64,000 nt of DNA, taken from the IMG/VR virus record IMGVR_UViG_3300044961_000667; one strand, 5' to 3'. The translations under genes were made by a program, and so were the position numbers. Position 1 is the first letter of the stretch. Each line of letters begins with the position of its first letter. Under the pieces are notes generated by a model. That model was not told the DNA's origin. It saw nothing but the letters and a program-made list of their open reading frames with translations, and searched no databases. The DNA comes from a virus (Duplodnaviria; Caudoviricetes). Below are positions 18,246-27,239 of this stretch, one piece after another.

Positions 18246-18410
18246 CTATCGCCTCGACCGCTCTTCTTCGAGGTCCATCTTACGCTGCAAGAGGCGCTTC
18301 CGTCGCATGACGGGGATGGCCATGGTCTCCGCCGGCGTCCATCCCCACATTTCGGCGAAGTAGAAGACCTCTGCTTCTAGGGCTTCGACGTCGCCGACGG
18401 GAAGAAAAAA
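18246..18410 (-). CDS. -1 frameshift extension (GT/E'-like) of tail assembly chaperone
   Basis: Slippery T TTT TTC at 18410-18404 in the chaperone frame; -1 frame reads FLPVGDVEALEAEVFYFAEMWGWTPAETMAIPVMRRKRLL to stop at 18246. Confidence 0.8.
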   Translation of the reverse strand, partial: FFLPVGDVEALEAEVFYFAEMWGWTPAETMAIPVMRRKRLLQRKMDLEEERSRR

Positions 18411-19129
18411 CTCGGCTCCGACGGGCTCACCTCGATCTCGAACTCGTGCTGGCACGAGACGCACGTCGCCTCGACATCGGTCTCGAACTCCGCCTCAGTC
18501 CCACGCCACTGATCGCGGATGAAGTTGCGCTCCGAGGACGGCAGCGCACGCAGCTCGTCGTGGCCCGGCTTCTTGCCGTCGATCTTGGACACCCGCAGCT
18601 CCATCGCGAGCGTGGCGACCTCGGTCTTCATCTTGGCCGACTTCTCGGCGGCCTCCTTCTGCTCGACGCCCGTCATCACCTTCATCTCGACGAGGCGGCC
18701 ACGAGGAGTCTTCACCTCGTACACCCGACGTCCAGGATCCTTGGCCGGGTGACGCTCCAAGGTGTCGAGGTCGATCTGCTTCCACTGCTTCTGCTTGCAG
18801 TTCGGGCACTCCACCTGGAACCGGTAGAGCGAGCCACACGACACCTTGCGAATCTCCACGAGCAGCTGCGAACGATCGGCGACCGGCAGAGACAGCACCA
18901 TCGTCGAGATGACGCCCTTGTCCTTCACGCCGTCGAAGTCGATCACGCAGTTGCTCATGATCTCCTGCAACTTGTCGAACAGCGTCTTTCCCGACGAGGT
19001 GATGATGTCCTCCTCGACGCCGGTCATCTCAGAAATGGTCACCTTCCTCAGGAGCGTGCCGTCGTCCTTCCGGTAGCCCGACAGCAGCTCGAAAGAGGCG
19101 ACGCTCGACTTGGCTTCTTCGGAGATCAT
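18377..19129 (-). CDS. Tail assembly chaperone (G-like), Zn-ribbon containing
   Basis: ISEMTGVEEDII; VADRSQLLVEIRKVS; CPNC and CVSC; immediately upstream of tape measure. Confidence 0.85.
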   Translation of the reverse strand: MISEEAKSSVASFELLSGYRKDDGTLLRKVTISEMTGVEEDIITSSGKTLFDKLQEIMSNCVIDFDGVKDKGVISTMVLSLPVADRSQLLVEIRKVSCGSLYRFQVECPNCKQKQWKQIDLDTLERHPAKDPGRRVYEVKTPRGRLVEMKVMTGVEQKEAAEKSAKMKTEVATLAMELRVSKIDGKKPGHDELRALPSSERNFIRDQWRGTEAEFETDVEATCVSCQHEFEIEVSPSEPSFFFPSATSKP

Positions 19130-19149
19130 TCGCTGGTCCTCGCTTGCGT

Positions 19150-19165
19150 GCGCAATCGATTGCGC
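19150..19165 (-). promoter_or_regulatory. Palindrome GCGCAATCGATTGCGC copy 3
   Basis: 16-bp palindrome upstream of SD GAGGA and ATG 19129. Confidence 0.7.
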
Positions 19166-19209
19166 TCACACCCGAAGCCCTAGCTTCCTTGACCGTCTGT
19201 GTCCAGACG

Positions 19210-21000
19210 CTACTTGGAGGCGTCGAGAACGCTCTTGACGAAGTGAGTCGCCTCCGCGGTCTCCTGCCGGCGCTTCTTCATCCAGTCGTCGAACGACATC
19301 TCGGGGCCAAGCTGGTCGTCCTTCCCGGCCCACTTGGTCCACAGGTAGTCGAAGTCGGGATCGACGTCTTCCTTGAACGCGTACGGCGAAGGACCGCCCA
19401 GCTCGAACTCCGCCTTCTCGGGGTTCGACATCACCGTGACGAAGTCGGTCACCCAGGAGAGTCCTGGCTCGATGGTGGGCGGCTGCACCTCAGCCTCGTT
19501 GACGTACCCCACACAGATGTGCGGCACGAAGTCGAACGGGCTGCTGTACTCGATTCCCGCCGCAGCGATCGCCCGAACGATGTCGGTACGAAGGGCCGAC
19601 AGGCCCACCGCCGACGGAACCACGTACACCGGCACGCGACCATCGCTGTTCTTGGTGGCGGCGAACTTCCCAGAGCCCGTCAGCGTGAACTCCAACGGGG
19701 GATGCGTGGCCACCACCTCGGCCACCGCCTTCTTGATGCGCTCGAACGCGTCAGGCGGGTGCTTCGACTTGTTGCCGTAGTACGCCAACGTGATGTGTGG
19801 GCCAACACCGTTGTCTCGCGGTTCCCCACGCGCGTACTGCGACATGATCTTCGCGCCCGTCTCAGGCGGAAGCATGATCGCCACCCACAGGCTGCCCTCG
19901 TGGTCCTCCGTCGTGAACCTGGCGTACGGCTGAAGCGGGTGATCCTTCACCGGCTTCACGTCGGGCATCGGTCGACGCAGCATCGGCGGATACTGCTCTT
20001 CATCGCCACCACGCGGACTCCGAGCGTCACCCGGAAGCGTCGTGATGAGCGTCGAGTCGGGCATCGGGTCTTCGACCTTCACTCCGCCCATCGCCTGCTC
20101 GAACTTCCGCGCGAAGAACTTCTCGGCGTCATCGGCCGACACGAGGAACGACGGCAAGCCCACCGCCTCGGTCACGTCCGCTGGGTGCACCGGCACCGGC
20201 GCCGCAGGCGCATTCGGGCCAACCCATCCACAGTCAGGGCACGTCCAGGCATCTCTCCCGTCGTCGTACTCGATCTGAGACTCGCAGGCCGCGCTCTCCT
20301 GATGCCTGCGCATCGCAGCCGACTCCGCATCGACGCTCTCAGCCATCGGCTTCGGGTACAGGCGAAGGCGCTGGAGTGAGTGCGGACCGTCGTCGCCCAT
20401 GTCGACGTCAACCAGCTTCGACCCAGAGCTGGCGGCCAACTCGGCGTGCATTCGATCGGCGGGCGGCGTGCGACTGTGCTTGCTGACGATCTTCCCCGTC
20501 TTGCGGTCTACGGACCCCTCTCCCGACGCCAGGATCATCCCGTGCTTCAACAGCCAGTTCACGGTCTTCGCCACCAGCTTGCGGCCCATCCCCTTCTCAC
20601 CAGAAACGTTGGCGAGGTCGCTGATGAAGGCCAAACGCTTGCCTTCGACTTCGATGTCTCCGGTCGACAACCCCATCTCGGCCATCACCTGGCCGTCGGG
20701 GCTGATCAGCATGGCGAACAGATCGTAGCTGCTGTGGTTCTTGTCGACATCCAACTCCCAGCCATCACCAACCGACTCGCGCTGAGGCAGCTTCCCTTTG
20801 GCCAGCTGGCGGTTGAACTTCTTGAACTGCTTCTCCTTGGACTTCTTGTCGTCCCAGTTGCCCCACGGCTTGATGCTTCCGCCGCCAGCACCAGGGGCAA
20901 CGCCACCAAGCGGAACGGCGACGGTACCGACGTTCGCGGCAGTGGTCTGCTCGTTGCGAACGACCGCCTCCAGCTCTCGAATCAGTTCGTCGATCTTCAT
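19210..21000 (-). CDS. Multidomain protein: GNAT-like + Zn ribbon + 2H phosphoesterase (Acb1/LigT-like)
   Basis: Likely start ATG 21000 (MKIDELIRELE); ISDLANVSGEKGMGRKLV GNAT motif A-like; WTCPDCGW; PHITLAY and PHICVGY 2H motifs. Confidence 0.75.
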   Translation of the reverse strand: MKIDELIRELEAVVRNEQTTAANVGTVAVPLGGVAPGAGGGSIKPWGNWDDKKSKEKQFKKFNRQLAKGKLPQRESVGDGWELDVDKNHSSYDLFAMLISPDGQVMAEMGLSTGDIEVEGKRLAFISDLANVSGEKGMGRKLVAKTVNWLLKHGMILASGEGSVDRKTGKIVSKHSRTPPADRMHAELAASSGSKLVDVDMGDDGPHSLQRLRLYPKPMAESVDAESAAMRRHQESAACESQIEYDDGRDAWTCPDCGWVGPNAPAAPVPVHPADVTEAVGLPSFLVSADDAEKFFARKFEQAMGGVKVEDPMPDSTLITTLPGDARSPRGGDEEQYPPMLRRPMPDVKPVKDHPLQPYARFTTEDHEGSLWVAIMLPPETGAKIMSQYARGEPRDNGVGPHITLAYYGNKSKHPPDAFERIKKAVAEVVATHPPLEFTLTGSGKFAATKNSDGRVPVYVVPSAVGLSALRTDIVRAIAAAGIEYSSPFDFVPHICVGYVNEAEVQPPTIEPGLSWVTDFVTVMSNPEKAEFELGGPSPYAFKEDVDPDFDYLWTKWAGKDDQLGPEMSFDDWMKKRRQETAEATHFVKSVLDASK

Positions 21001-21001
21001 C

Positions 21002-21574
21002 TCACGCTCCGATGGCGTACTCTTCCCAGTACTCGGGCTTGATCTCCAGCTCCTGCAACGAAATCGCGCTGGACGACGCATCGAAGTCGCTTCCCACCTT
21101 GTACCTCGTCGGCACGCACCCGTGGAGCACCCAGGCTTTCCCTGGGATCCGAGTGTACTGCGTCCCGAGGGCCACGCTGCCCACCGGGTTCATCGACGTG
21201 AAGTGCACCAGCAGCAAGTTCTTCCGAACTGAGCTGCCGGCGCCGGCGGCCAACAGAGCCGGCAACGCCCCGGAGTTCTGCTTGGTGAGCGCCGCCTTGT
21301 CTCCGCTCAGCGCAGCGACGATCCATCGCCAGAAGTCGCTGTCGAAGAACTGAACGCCGCGGGTCAGCGTGATCGAGTTCACTGCCGCCCTGGTGACGAC
21401 AGTCCTCGGGAAGTGCCACGTCCCCTCTCGGATGTCGTGGGTCTCGACGGTGATCTCAGGCGCAGTGATGGCGCTGAACCCGAACACGGGCAGCAGCACT
21501 GGCGTCGGGAACGAGATGTCCGTGAGCCAGAACTGGTACGCCTGCATGTAGTCCAGCACCCGCGAGTTCGCCAT
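21002..21574 (-). CDS. Tail tube protein 2 (T4 gp19 family)
   Basis: GFSAITAPEITVETHDIREG...ITLTRGV...FWRW; DFDASSSAISLQELEI. Confidence 0.9.
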   Translation of the reverse strand: MANSRVLDYMQAYQFWLTDISFPTPVLLPVFGFSAITAPEITVETHDIREGTWHFPRTVVTRAAVNSITLTRGVQFFDSDFWRWIVAALSGDKAALTKQNSGALPALLAAGAGSSVRKNLLLVHFTSMNPVGSVALGTQYTRIPGKAWVLHGCVPTRYKVGSDFDASSSAISLQELEIKPEYWEEYAIGA

Positions 21575-21585
21575 TCTCTGACCTC

Positions 21586-21619
21586 AAAACGAAGGGCCGG
21601 CCGATTGCTCGACCGGCCC
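21586..21619 (-). terminator. Intrinsic terminator after tube gene 1
   Basis: GGGCCGG/CCGGCCC stem followed on the minus strand by TTCGTTTT, directly before the SD of tube gene 2. Confidence 0.6.
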
Positions 21620-21660
21620 CCGGCTCCCGCGTACGGGTTGGCCGTCTTGGAGTAGACCTA

Positions 21661-22185
21661 CTAGGCGTTCGCTTCGACCTTCTCGCCACCCACGACCTCG
21701 ATGTCGAAGGACTCGTAGTCGAGGGTCATCTCGGTGATGGAGATGTCCGACGACGTCGCGTCGAGGTCGCTGCTCACCTTGTTCGACGTGGGGAACGCGT
21801 TCCACAGCGTGATCTTGCGAGCCGGCTGCTGCGCGTTGTCGCGGTGGAAGTGGTTGATCGTCACGTCGGCCCGGTACTCGCCGCCCTTGATGACCAGGTA
21901 GATCCACTTCGCCAGCGCCGTCTCAGCGCGGGCCACGCCACGCGACAGGGTGATCGGCTCGAACGTCGGCACGCCCGGCTGCTTCTTCGTGTACGTCCAG
22001 ATGCCCTCGCGGTACGTCGCCGACTCGACGGTGACGTTGGGCATGCCGCACGCGTTGAAGCCGCCCTGCGGGAAGCGATCGCCTCGGGGGGCCGAAGTGC
22101 CCAGGAAGGTCCCGCCGCCGGCCTTCACGTCGGTCACCTGGAAGCGGAAGTTGTGGAGGAAGTCGCTGTTCTCTGCGCGTGCCAT
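21661..22185 (-). CDS. Major tail tube protein (T4 gp19 family)
   Basis: DFLHNFRF...GFNACGMPNVTVESATYREG...KQPGVPTFEPITLSRGV...LWNAFP...DLDATSSDISITEMTL. Confidence 0.92.
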   Translation of the reverse strand: MARAENSDFLHNFRFQVTDVKAGGGTFLGTSAPRGDRFPQGGFNACGMPNVTVESATYREGIWTYTKKQPGVPTFEPITLSRGVARAETALAKWIYLVIKGGEYRADVTINHFHRDNAQQPARKITLWNAFPTSNKVSSDLDATSSDISITEMTLDYESFDIEVVGGEKVEANA

Positions 22186-22200
22186 CGTGTTCTCCCGTAC

Positions 22201-22764
22201 TCAGAACGAGCCGTAGCCCGTGACCGTGTCCTTCTTGTAGAGGGAATCGCCCGCCGTCTGAGCGATCCCCTTCCCGGCGATCGGATTCGCATCGCGCAGC
22301 TGGTGCATCAGGTCGATCGCCATCATCTTCTTGTCGGCGATCGACTTCTGGAAGTCGGCCGCCACCGCCGGATGCAGCCCGAGGTTCTCGGCGTGCAACA
22401 GCACGTCGTCGAGGAACATCACCATCCCTGCGGAGTACGGCTTGTTCGCGCGCCCCACCGAGCCGAACGACGTCAGGTCCTGCAGGAAGACGCCGGCGTC
22501 CCAGATCTTCTGGGCGACATCGGCGAGCGCCCCGGCACGCATCAGCGAGCCCAGCACCCAGCGCTGCCACTGCGAATCGGTCAGCGACGCGTGGCCGACG
22601 GCTCGAAGGCAGATCTTCCCGTCCTTCATGTCCCGCTCGCCCTTGAACATGAAGCCGGCAGGGTCGAGCGAGCCGACCCACCCGCCCTGAACGACCCCGA
22701 CCAGCTCCTCGAAGAGGTCGCTGGCTCTGGCCATCACATCTCGGCTTTCGTTCTTCGTGCTCAT
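22201..22764 (-). CDS. Hypothetical helical protein between sheath and tube genes
   Basis: 187 aa, good codon usage, N-terminal SDLFEE. Confidence 0.55.
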   Translation of the reverse strand: MSTKNESRDVMARASDLFEELVGVVQGGWVGSLDPAGFMFKGERDMKDGKICLRAVGHASLTDSQWQRWVLGSLMRAGALADVAQKIWDAGVFLQDLTSFGSVGRANKPYSAGMVMFLDDVLLHAENLGLHPAVAADFQKSIADKKMMAIDLMHQLRDANPIAGKGIAQTAGDSLYKKDTVTGYGSF

Positions 22765-22793
22765 CGTTGCCTCAGGGCCTCACCGAGCCAGGC

Positions 22794-24854
22794 TTACCCG
22801 CCGGTGTTGGTCTTCTGCTGGAACCTGAACCGGACGAACTCGGCCGGCTTGTTGGGCGCGACGCCGACGTCGACCACCACCTGGCCAGCGTCGATGACTT
22901 CCTGCGGGTTGTTCTTCTCGTCGACCTGCACGAAGAAGGCGTCCGCGGGCTTCGTGCCGGCGAAGTACCCGTTGCCGAAGAGCACCAGCAGGAACGACGT
23001 CATCTGCAGGTTGATCTTGGTCCAGAGGTCCGGGCCGTTGTTCTCGAACACGATCCAGTGCGTCGAGTTGAACGTGCTCTTCTCCAGGAACATCAACAGC
23101 CGGCGGGCGTTGATGTAGCGGTACAGCGGGTCGAGCGCGAGCGTGCGCACGCCCCAGACCGCGACGCCCGTCTGCGCCGAGCTGATCAGCGGGTTGATGC
23201 GGTTCGGGTACACCGTGTCCCGCTCGCCCTTGTCGAGCACCCGCTCCAGGCCCACCTGGAAGTTCAGCTTGCCGTCGTCGATGCCGCCAGGCGACTTGCC
23301 GACGTTCTTGTTCGTGTCGGTGCGCGCGTAGACGCCAGCGACGTGGCCCAGCGGCGGGATGTTCAGCGGCCGGTTGGTGAGCGGGTCGGTGACCGTGATC
23401 CACGGGTAGTACAGCGCCGCGTAGCTCGTGTTCGGCACGAACTGGAACCGGATGTAGTCGACGGCCTCCTGCGGCTTCAGGCCGGAGGGCGTCGTCAGGA
23501 TGACGAACTTGTCCTTCCGCGACTCGGCGTAGCTGATCTGGTCGCCCGCCACCGTGACGTTGCCAGCGAAGTCGGGGATGCACAGCTGCATGATCTCATC
23601 GGGCCGGTCGAACGCGTAGATGCCGCGACGATCAGCCTCCAGACTGGGCGACGAGACCTCGTTGCGAGTCACGCCGGCGACGCCATCAGAGCCCGCGGAG
23701 AAGGTGAACGTCACCGACGCCGACGGAGCCTTGAAGTAGTTCGCCGTGACGGCGGCGGCGGCAGGCGTGGCCGCACCGAGCAGCTTCACGTTGTACGCGC
23801 CGGTCGTGTAGTCGATCGTGTTGACGCCGGTCGGATCCACGCCCGAGCCGGTGAACTTGCCCTGGCCGTTGTCGGTCGCGATCACCACCGACTGGCAGAG
23901 GATGTTCACCGTCTTCTTGAAGACGGGGACGTTGGCCAGGGTTCCGGTGAACGTCTGCGCCAGGCCCGTACCCGTGCCCACTGCGACGCCAGTGAACGGC
24001 GTCCCGTTCAGCACCGTCGGCACCGCGTTCTGGCCAGGCGTCTTCACGACGATCAGGTCGGAGCCCGAGTTCACGACGGACGGCATGTACTCGGTGTCGT
24101 TCGCGTCGGTGAACGACATGCCGGTGAAGGTCTCGACGAGCTGGTACACCGCGTCGGCGTCCTTCTTGAACACCAGCAGGTCGTGCTTGGTGTACTTGCC
24201 CAGCGCGTAGTCGACGTAGTCCTCGTTGTTGCGGACCATCACCTGCAGATCGTTGCCCCACACGCCCTTCGAGCTGGCGTCGAGGTCCCAGATCTGCTGC
24301 TGGTACGAGATGCGCACCGGAGTCGCGATCGCCGGGGCAACAGAGAAGGTCACCGACACCGCGCCCGTCGCGTAGTTGATCGTGCCGGCGGAGATGCCAG
24401 CGCCCGTGATGAGCCCGGCGCCGTCGTCCGTCCCAGTCACACTGCCCGCGGTGACGGTCACACTGCTGGTGCGCACCGGCAACCCCGTAGCAGTGTGAGT
24501 GAATACGGTCGCCACGCCATCGCCAACAGAGGGCGTCATCGAGACGTTGGTGAACGGGTTGACGATGAACCCGTGGGCCAGCGCCGCATCAGACGCCACG
24601 ACTCGCGTCATGAAGCCACGCGAGCCGCCGTTGGCGAAGAAGGCCGCCACGTTCAACGGAACGAAACTGTCCGGCGTGAAGTCGCCGAAGATGGCCTTGA
24701 AACCACCGAACGAGGTGATCAGCGTGGCGAGGTCCGTCGGACCTTCCTTGCTGTAGCCGATGATGCCGATCGACGAGGTCGACACGCCCTGGATGACGCG
24801 TGGGCCAGCCGCAACCTCTTCGATGAAAATGCCTGGGCTCAGAAATTCGGGCAT
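22794..24854 (-). CDS. Tail sheath protein with two inserted beta-modules
   Basis: MPEFLSPGIFIEE; FFANGG; AALYYPWI; PPLGHVAGVYARTD; VWGVRTL; YINARRL; PNKPAEFVRFRF. Confidence 0.97.
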   Translation of the reverse strand: MPEFLSPGIFIEEVAAGPRVIQGVSTSSIGIIGYSKEGPTDLATLITSFGGFKAIFGDFTPDSFVPLNVAAFFANGGSRGFMTRVVASDAALAHGFIVNPFTNVSMTPSVGDGVATVFTHTATGLPVRTSSVTVTAGSVTGTDDGAGLITGAGISAGTINYATGAVSVTFSVAPAIATPVRISYQQQIWDLDASSKGVWGNDLQVMVRNNEDYVDYALGKYTKHDLLVFKKDADAVYQLVETFTGMSFTDANDTEYMPSVVNSGSDLIVVKTPGQNAVPTVLNGTPFTGVAVGTGTGLAQTFTGTLANVPVFKKTVNILCQSVVIATDNGQGKFTGSGVDPTGVNTIDYTTGAYNVKLLGAATPAAAAVTANYFKAPSASVTFTFSAGSDGVAGVTRNEVSSPSLEADRRGIYAFDRPDEIMQLCIPDFAGNVTVAGDQISYAESRKDKFVILTTPSGLKPQEAVDYIRFQFVPNTSYAALYYPWITVTDPLTNRPLNIPPLGHVAGVYARTDTNKNVGKSPGGIDDGKLNFQVGLERVLDKGERDTVYPNRINPLISSAQTGVAVWGVRTLALDPLYRYINARRLLMFLEKSTFNSTHWIVFENNGPDLWTKINLQMTSFLLVLFGNGYFAGTKPADAFFVQVDEKNNPQEVIDAGQVVVDVGVAPNKPAEFVRFRFQQKTNTGG

Positions 24855-24879
24855 GACGTTGCGTCTCCTCGGTTCCGTC

Positions 24880-25194
24880 TCAGCGGCGCTTTCTCACGTG
24901 CCGCGCCCCCACAGGGGCCTCATCAGAAGTCTTCTTTTCGTCGGTCAGTGGCTCTGGCGAGCCACTCTCTACCACCTTCGCCGGGACTTGGGCCACAACC
25001 TGCCCCAGGGGGACTTCCGGAGCAACCTCGTCGAGGCGCTTCACCTTCCCGATGGAGATCATCCTCTGTAGCTCGGGCGACCCGTCGAGGTCGTCGCCGA
25101 CGACGAACGCCGAGAAGCCTCGCGGACAGCAGCTCTTCTGGTTGTCCAGTTCGATGGGCAGCGGACCAGGAGTGCAGTTGTAGTAGCGACCCAT
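24880..25194 (-). CDS. Hypothetical protein
   Basis: 104 aa ORF upstream of sheath with SD GGAG. Confidence 0.5.
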   Translation of the reverse strand: MGRYYNCTPGPLPIELDNQKSCCPRGFSAFVVGDDLDGSPELQRMISIGKVKRLDEVAPEVPLGQVVAQVPAKVVESGSPEPLTDEKKTSDEAPVGARHVRKRR

Positions 25195-25205
25195 TCTTCA
25201 CTCCG

Positions 25206-25922
25206 TCAGTTGGTTTTCAAGCCAACGTGCACAATCACTTCCGTAGCCGCAGTATCGGTGCGCGGGTCCGACAAATCCAGCTCTCCTTCGACTCTGATGG
25301 AGACGGTGAAGCCTACCACTCGCTCCCCGACCCTCGCCAGTTCGTCGATGACGGTGAAGCCCTCCTGGAAGGCTTCGTAGGTCCGCTTCTCTTTCAGAGA
25401 GTCGACGACGTACACGCTCGACGCTGGGTGCTGGTACACGCGCATCACGTGCTCCAGCAGCAGCAGCGCGTCGCCACGCGTCTTCGCGAGCACGTGCAGA
25501 TCGTACGGGATGTCGTACGGGTACGCCCAGTCCTTCGACTCGTACTTCGTGAAGCCCTGGACCCCCGTCTTCGTGTCCGTCACCGGCTGAGCGCTCGCCG
25601 ACGGCAACCGGTACTCCTTCGTCTTGGGGTGGTAGCGCAGCGGCGCTGGAACATGGTCTCCGCGGCGCACCACGATCTGCGGCACCTCGGGCGTCTCGTA
25701 GACATCCTCGGGAGCACTGAAGGTGATCAGAACGGCGTTGCCAGGACCCGTTCCCGGAAAGTTCATCGACTTCGTGAAGCGCGACAGCGGCAGAAAGTAG
25801 TTCGGCTGTTGCTTCACGCCATCGCGCAACGTTCTCGACAACTGAACTCCACCGAGCGTCTCAATGACGCCCTGGTCGAAGTTCCTCATGAAGACCGAGC
25901 CGGTCCTGAAGGAATCGCTCAT
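25206..25922 (-). CDS. Tail terminator/sheath stabiliser (gp15-like)
   Basis: Start ATG 25922 with ATGA overlap; YPYDIPYDLHV and FTVSIRVEGELD patterns; position before sheath. Confidence 0.6.
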   Translation of the reverse strand: MSDSFRTGSVFMRNFDQGVIETLGGVQLSRTLRDGVKQQPNYFLPLSRFTKSMNFPGTGPGNAVLITFSAPEDVYETPEVPQIVVRRGDHVPAPLRYHPKTKEYRLPSASAQPVTDTKTGVQGFTKYESKDWAYPYDIPYDLHVLAKTRGDALLLLEHVMRVYQHPASSVYVVDSLKEKRTYEAFQEGFTVIDELARVGERVVGFTVSIRVEGELDLSDPRTDTAATEVIVHVGLKTN

Positions 25923-26344
25923 CGCCCATGGGACCTGGCAGCAGCCTCTCGGTCGGCCAGCTCCTGCGCCGCCCTGAGCACGGCCGGCTTGAAGTCCGTC
26001 GTCTTGGCCGCCGCGGTCCACGCGCCAAGATCTTCGTCGCTGGCCCTCGCGCTCGGGAACGGAGGCATGCGCCCTTCTGCGGCGTACCGCTTGGCCATCG
26101 AGACGATCAGCCCGACAGCGAGGTCGGGCTTGAACGCGTAGCGGACTGCCAGGCTGTTCACGCAGTCGCCGAGGAAGTCGTCGAAGCCTCGCTCCGACTC
26201 CGACGGGTTGAACGCAGTCATGGGCGCCGACGCCGTCCGCTCACCAGCGCCGCCAAATGGCGTCCCAGTGGTCACGACCGCACCGCCCTCACCGAGCACC
26301 TTCTTCATCGACTCAACGAGTGGCCTGAGCCTCGACAGCGACAT
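25919..26344 (-). CDS. Hypothetical protein, candidate internal head protein
   Basis: N-terminus LRPLVES; SD GGAGG. Confidence 0.5.
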   Translation of the reverse strand: MSLSRLRPLVESMKKVLGEGGAVVTTGTPFGGAGERTASAPMTAFNPSESERGFDDFLGDCVNSLAVRYAFKPDLAVGLIVSMAKRYAAEGRMPPFPSARASDEDLGAWTAAAKTTDFKPAVLRAAQELADREAAARSHGR

Positions 26345-26377
26345 CGTGTCCTCCGTTCAGTCGACTATACCCGGAAC

Positions 26378-27235
26378 TCAGATCCGGATCTTCTTCACGA
26401 AGGGCACGAACGCCAGCGTGTTCGTGAAGCTCACCTGCGGCAGCTTCTTTTTCCGGCCCGCGGACTTCCACCCGAAGTTCGGGTCCCACAGCCACTTCCC
26501 CCAGTACCCCTTCGTCCACTCCCTTTCAACTTGCTGCCGCATCGCTCGATGCGACGGCCGCCAATGCGGGATCGAACGCTGCCCTCCAACACCGAACTCC
26601 ACTCGCAGAGCAAACGTCGACAGGTCGGTGAGTCCCTTGACTGGCTTCCGAAGCTCGCTGGGCATCCGAACGCCGGCGGCCAACAACGCCTTCGCGATGT
26701 CGGGCCTCTGGTCCTGTCGCTGTGAGCGAACTCGCGAGACCTCGGCAACCGTCGACGGCATGAAGACGACGTTCGCCTCCTTCGGCCCTGGCGACAGCGG
26801 CAACGTGTCGACCGTCCACGGGTTGTACTGCATCAGCACATCAAGCCAGGCGGGCCTCTGGTCTGGGCTCTGCCTGGGCTTCGAGTAGATCATCACCAGC
26901 GAACGATCGTTGTCGCGACGAGTTGCACGCCGACGGCGACCCAGCGACTGCACCGCGAAGACGTTCCGAGGGCTGCCAGGCGGGGTGCTCGTCACCTGCA
27001 CCACTCGCAGCGACCGCTTGTACTCCGCGAAGAACGCCGACGTCGGGAGCCGTCGCTTCATCAGCGAGAGGTGCATCTCGGCCATCCGGCGGGACACATC
27101 CTCCATCACCGCCTGCTGCCGCTTGACGACTTCCTTCGCCGACGGCCCGATGGGGAGCACCTTCTCCAGGTCGCTTGCGGCCCTGGGGATCGGTCTGTTC
27201 CCCGTCGCACGGACGCTGAAGGGCGACTCCGCCAC
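26378..27235 (-). CDS. Neck/tail completion protein (HK97 gp10-like)
   Basis: Basic protein with VEFGVGGQRSIPHWRP motif. Confidence 0.55.
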   Translation of the reverse strand: MAESPFSVRATGNRPIPRAASDLEKVLPIGPSAKEVVKRQQAVMEDVSRRMAEMHLSLMKRRLPTSAFFAEYKRSLRVVQVTSTPPGSPRNVFAVQSLGRRRRATRRDNDRSLVMIYSKPRQSPDQRPAWLDVLMQYNPWTVDTLPLSPGPKEANVVFMPSTVAEVSRVRSQRQDQRPDIAKALLAAGVRMPSELRKPVKGLTDLSTFALRVEFGVGGQRSIPHWRPSHRAMRQQVEREWTKGYWGKWLWDPNFGWKSAGRKKKLPQVSFTNTLAFVPFVKKIRI

Positions 27236-27239
27236 CGGA

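Noticed and set aside
22767-26141. 1124-aa plus-strand ORF, and similar long plus-strand ORFs (34963..37653, 16411..18363, 56558..58348)
   Set aside because: Antisense shadows of real high-GC3 minus-strand genes; R/L/V/H-rich with no motifs or SD
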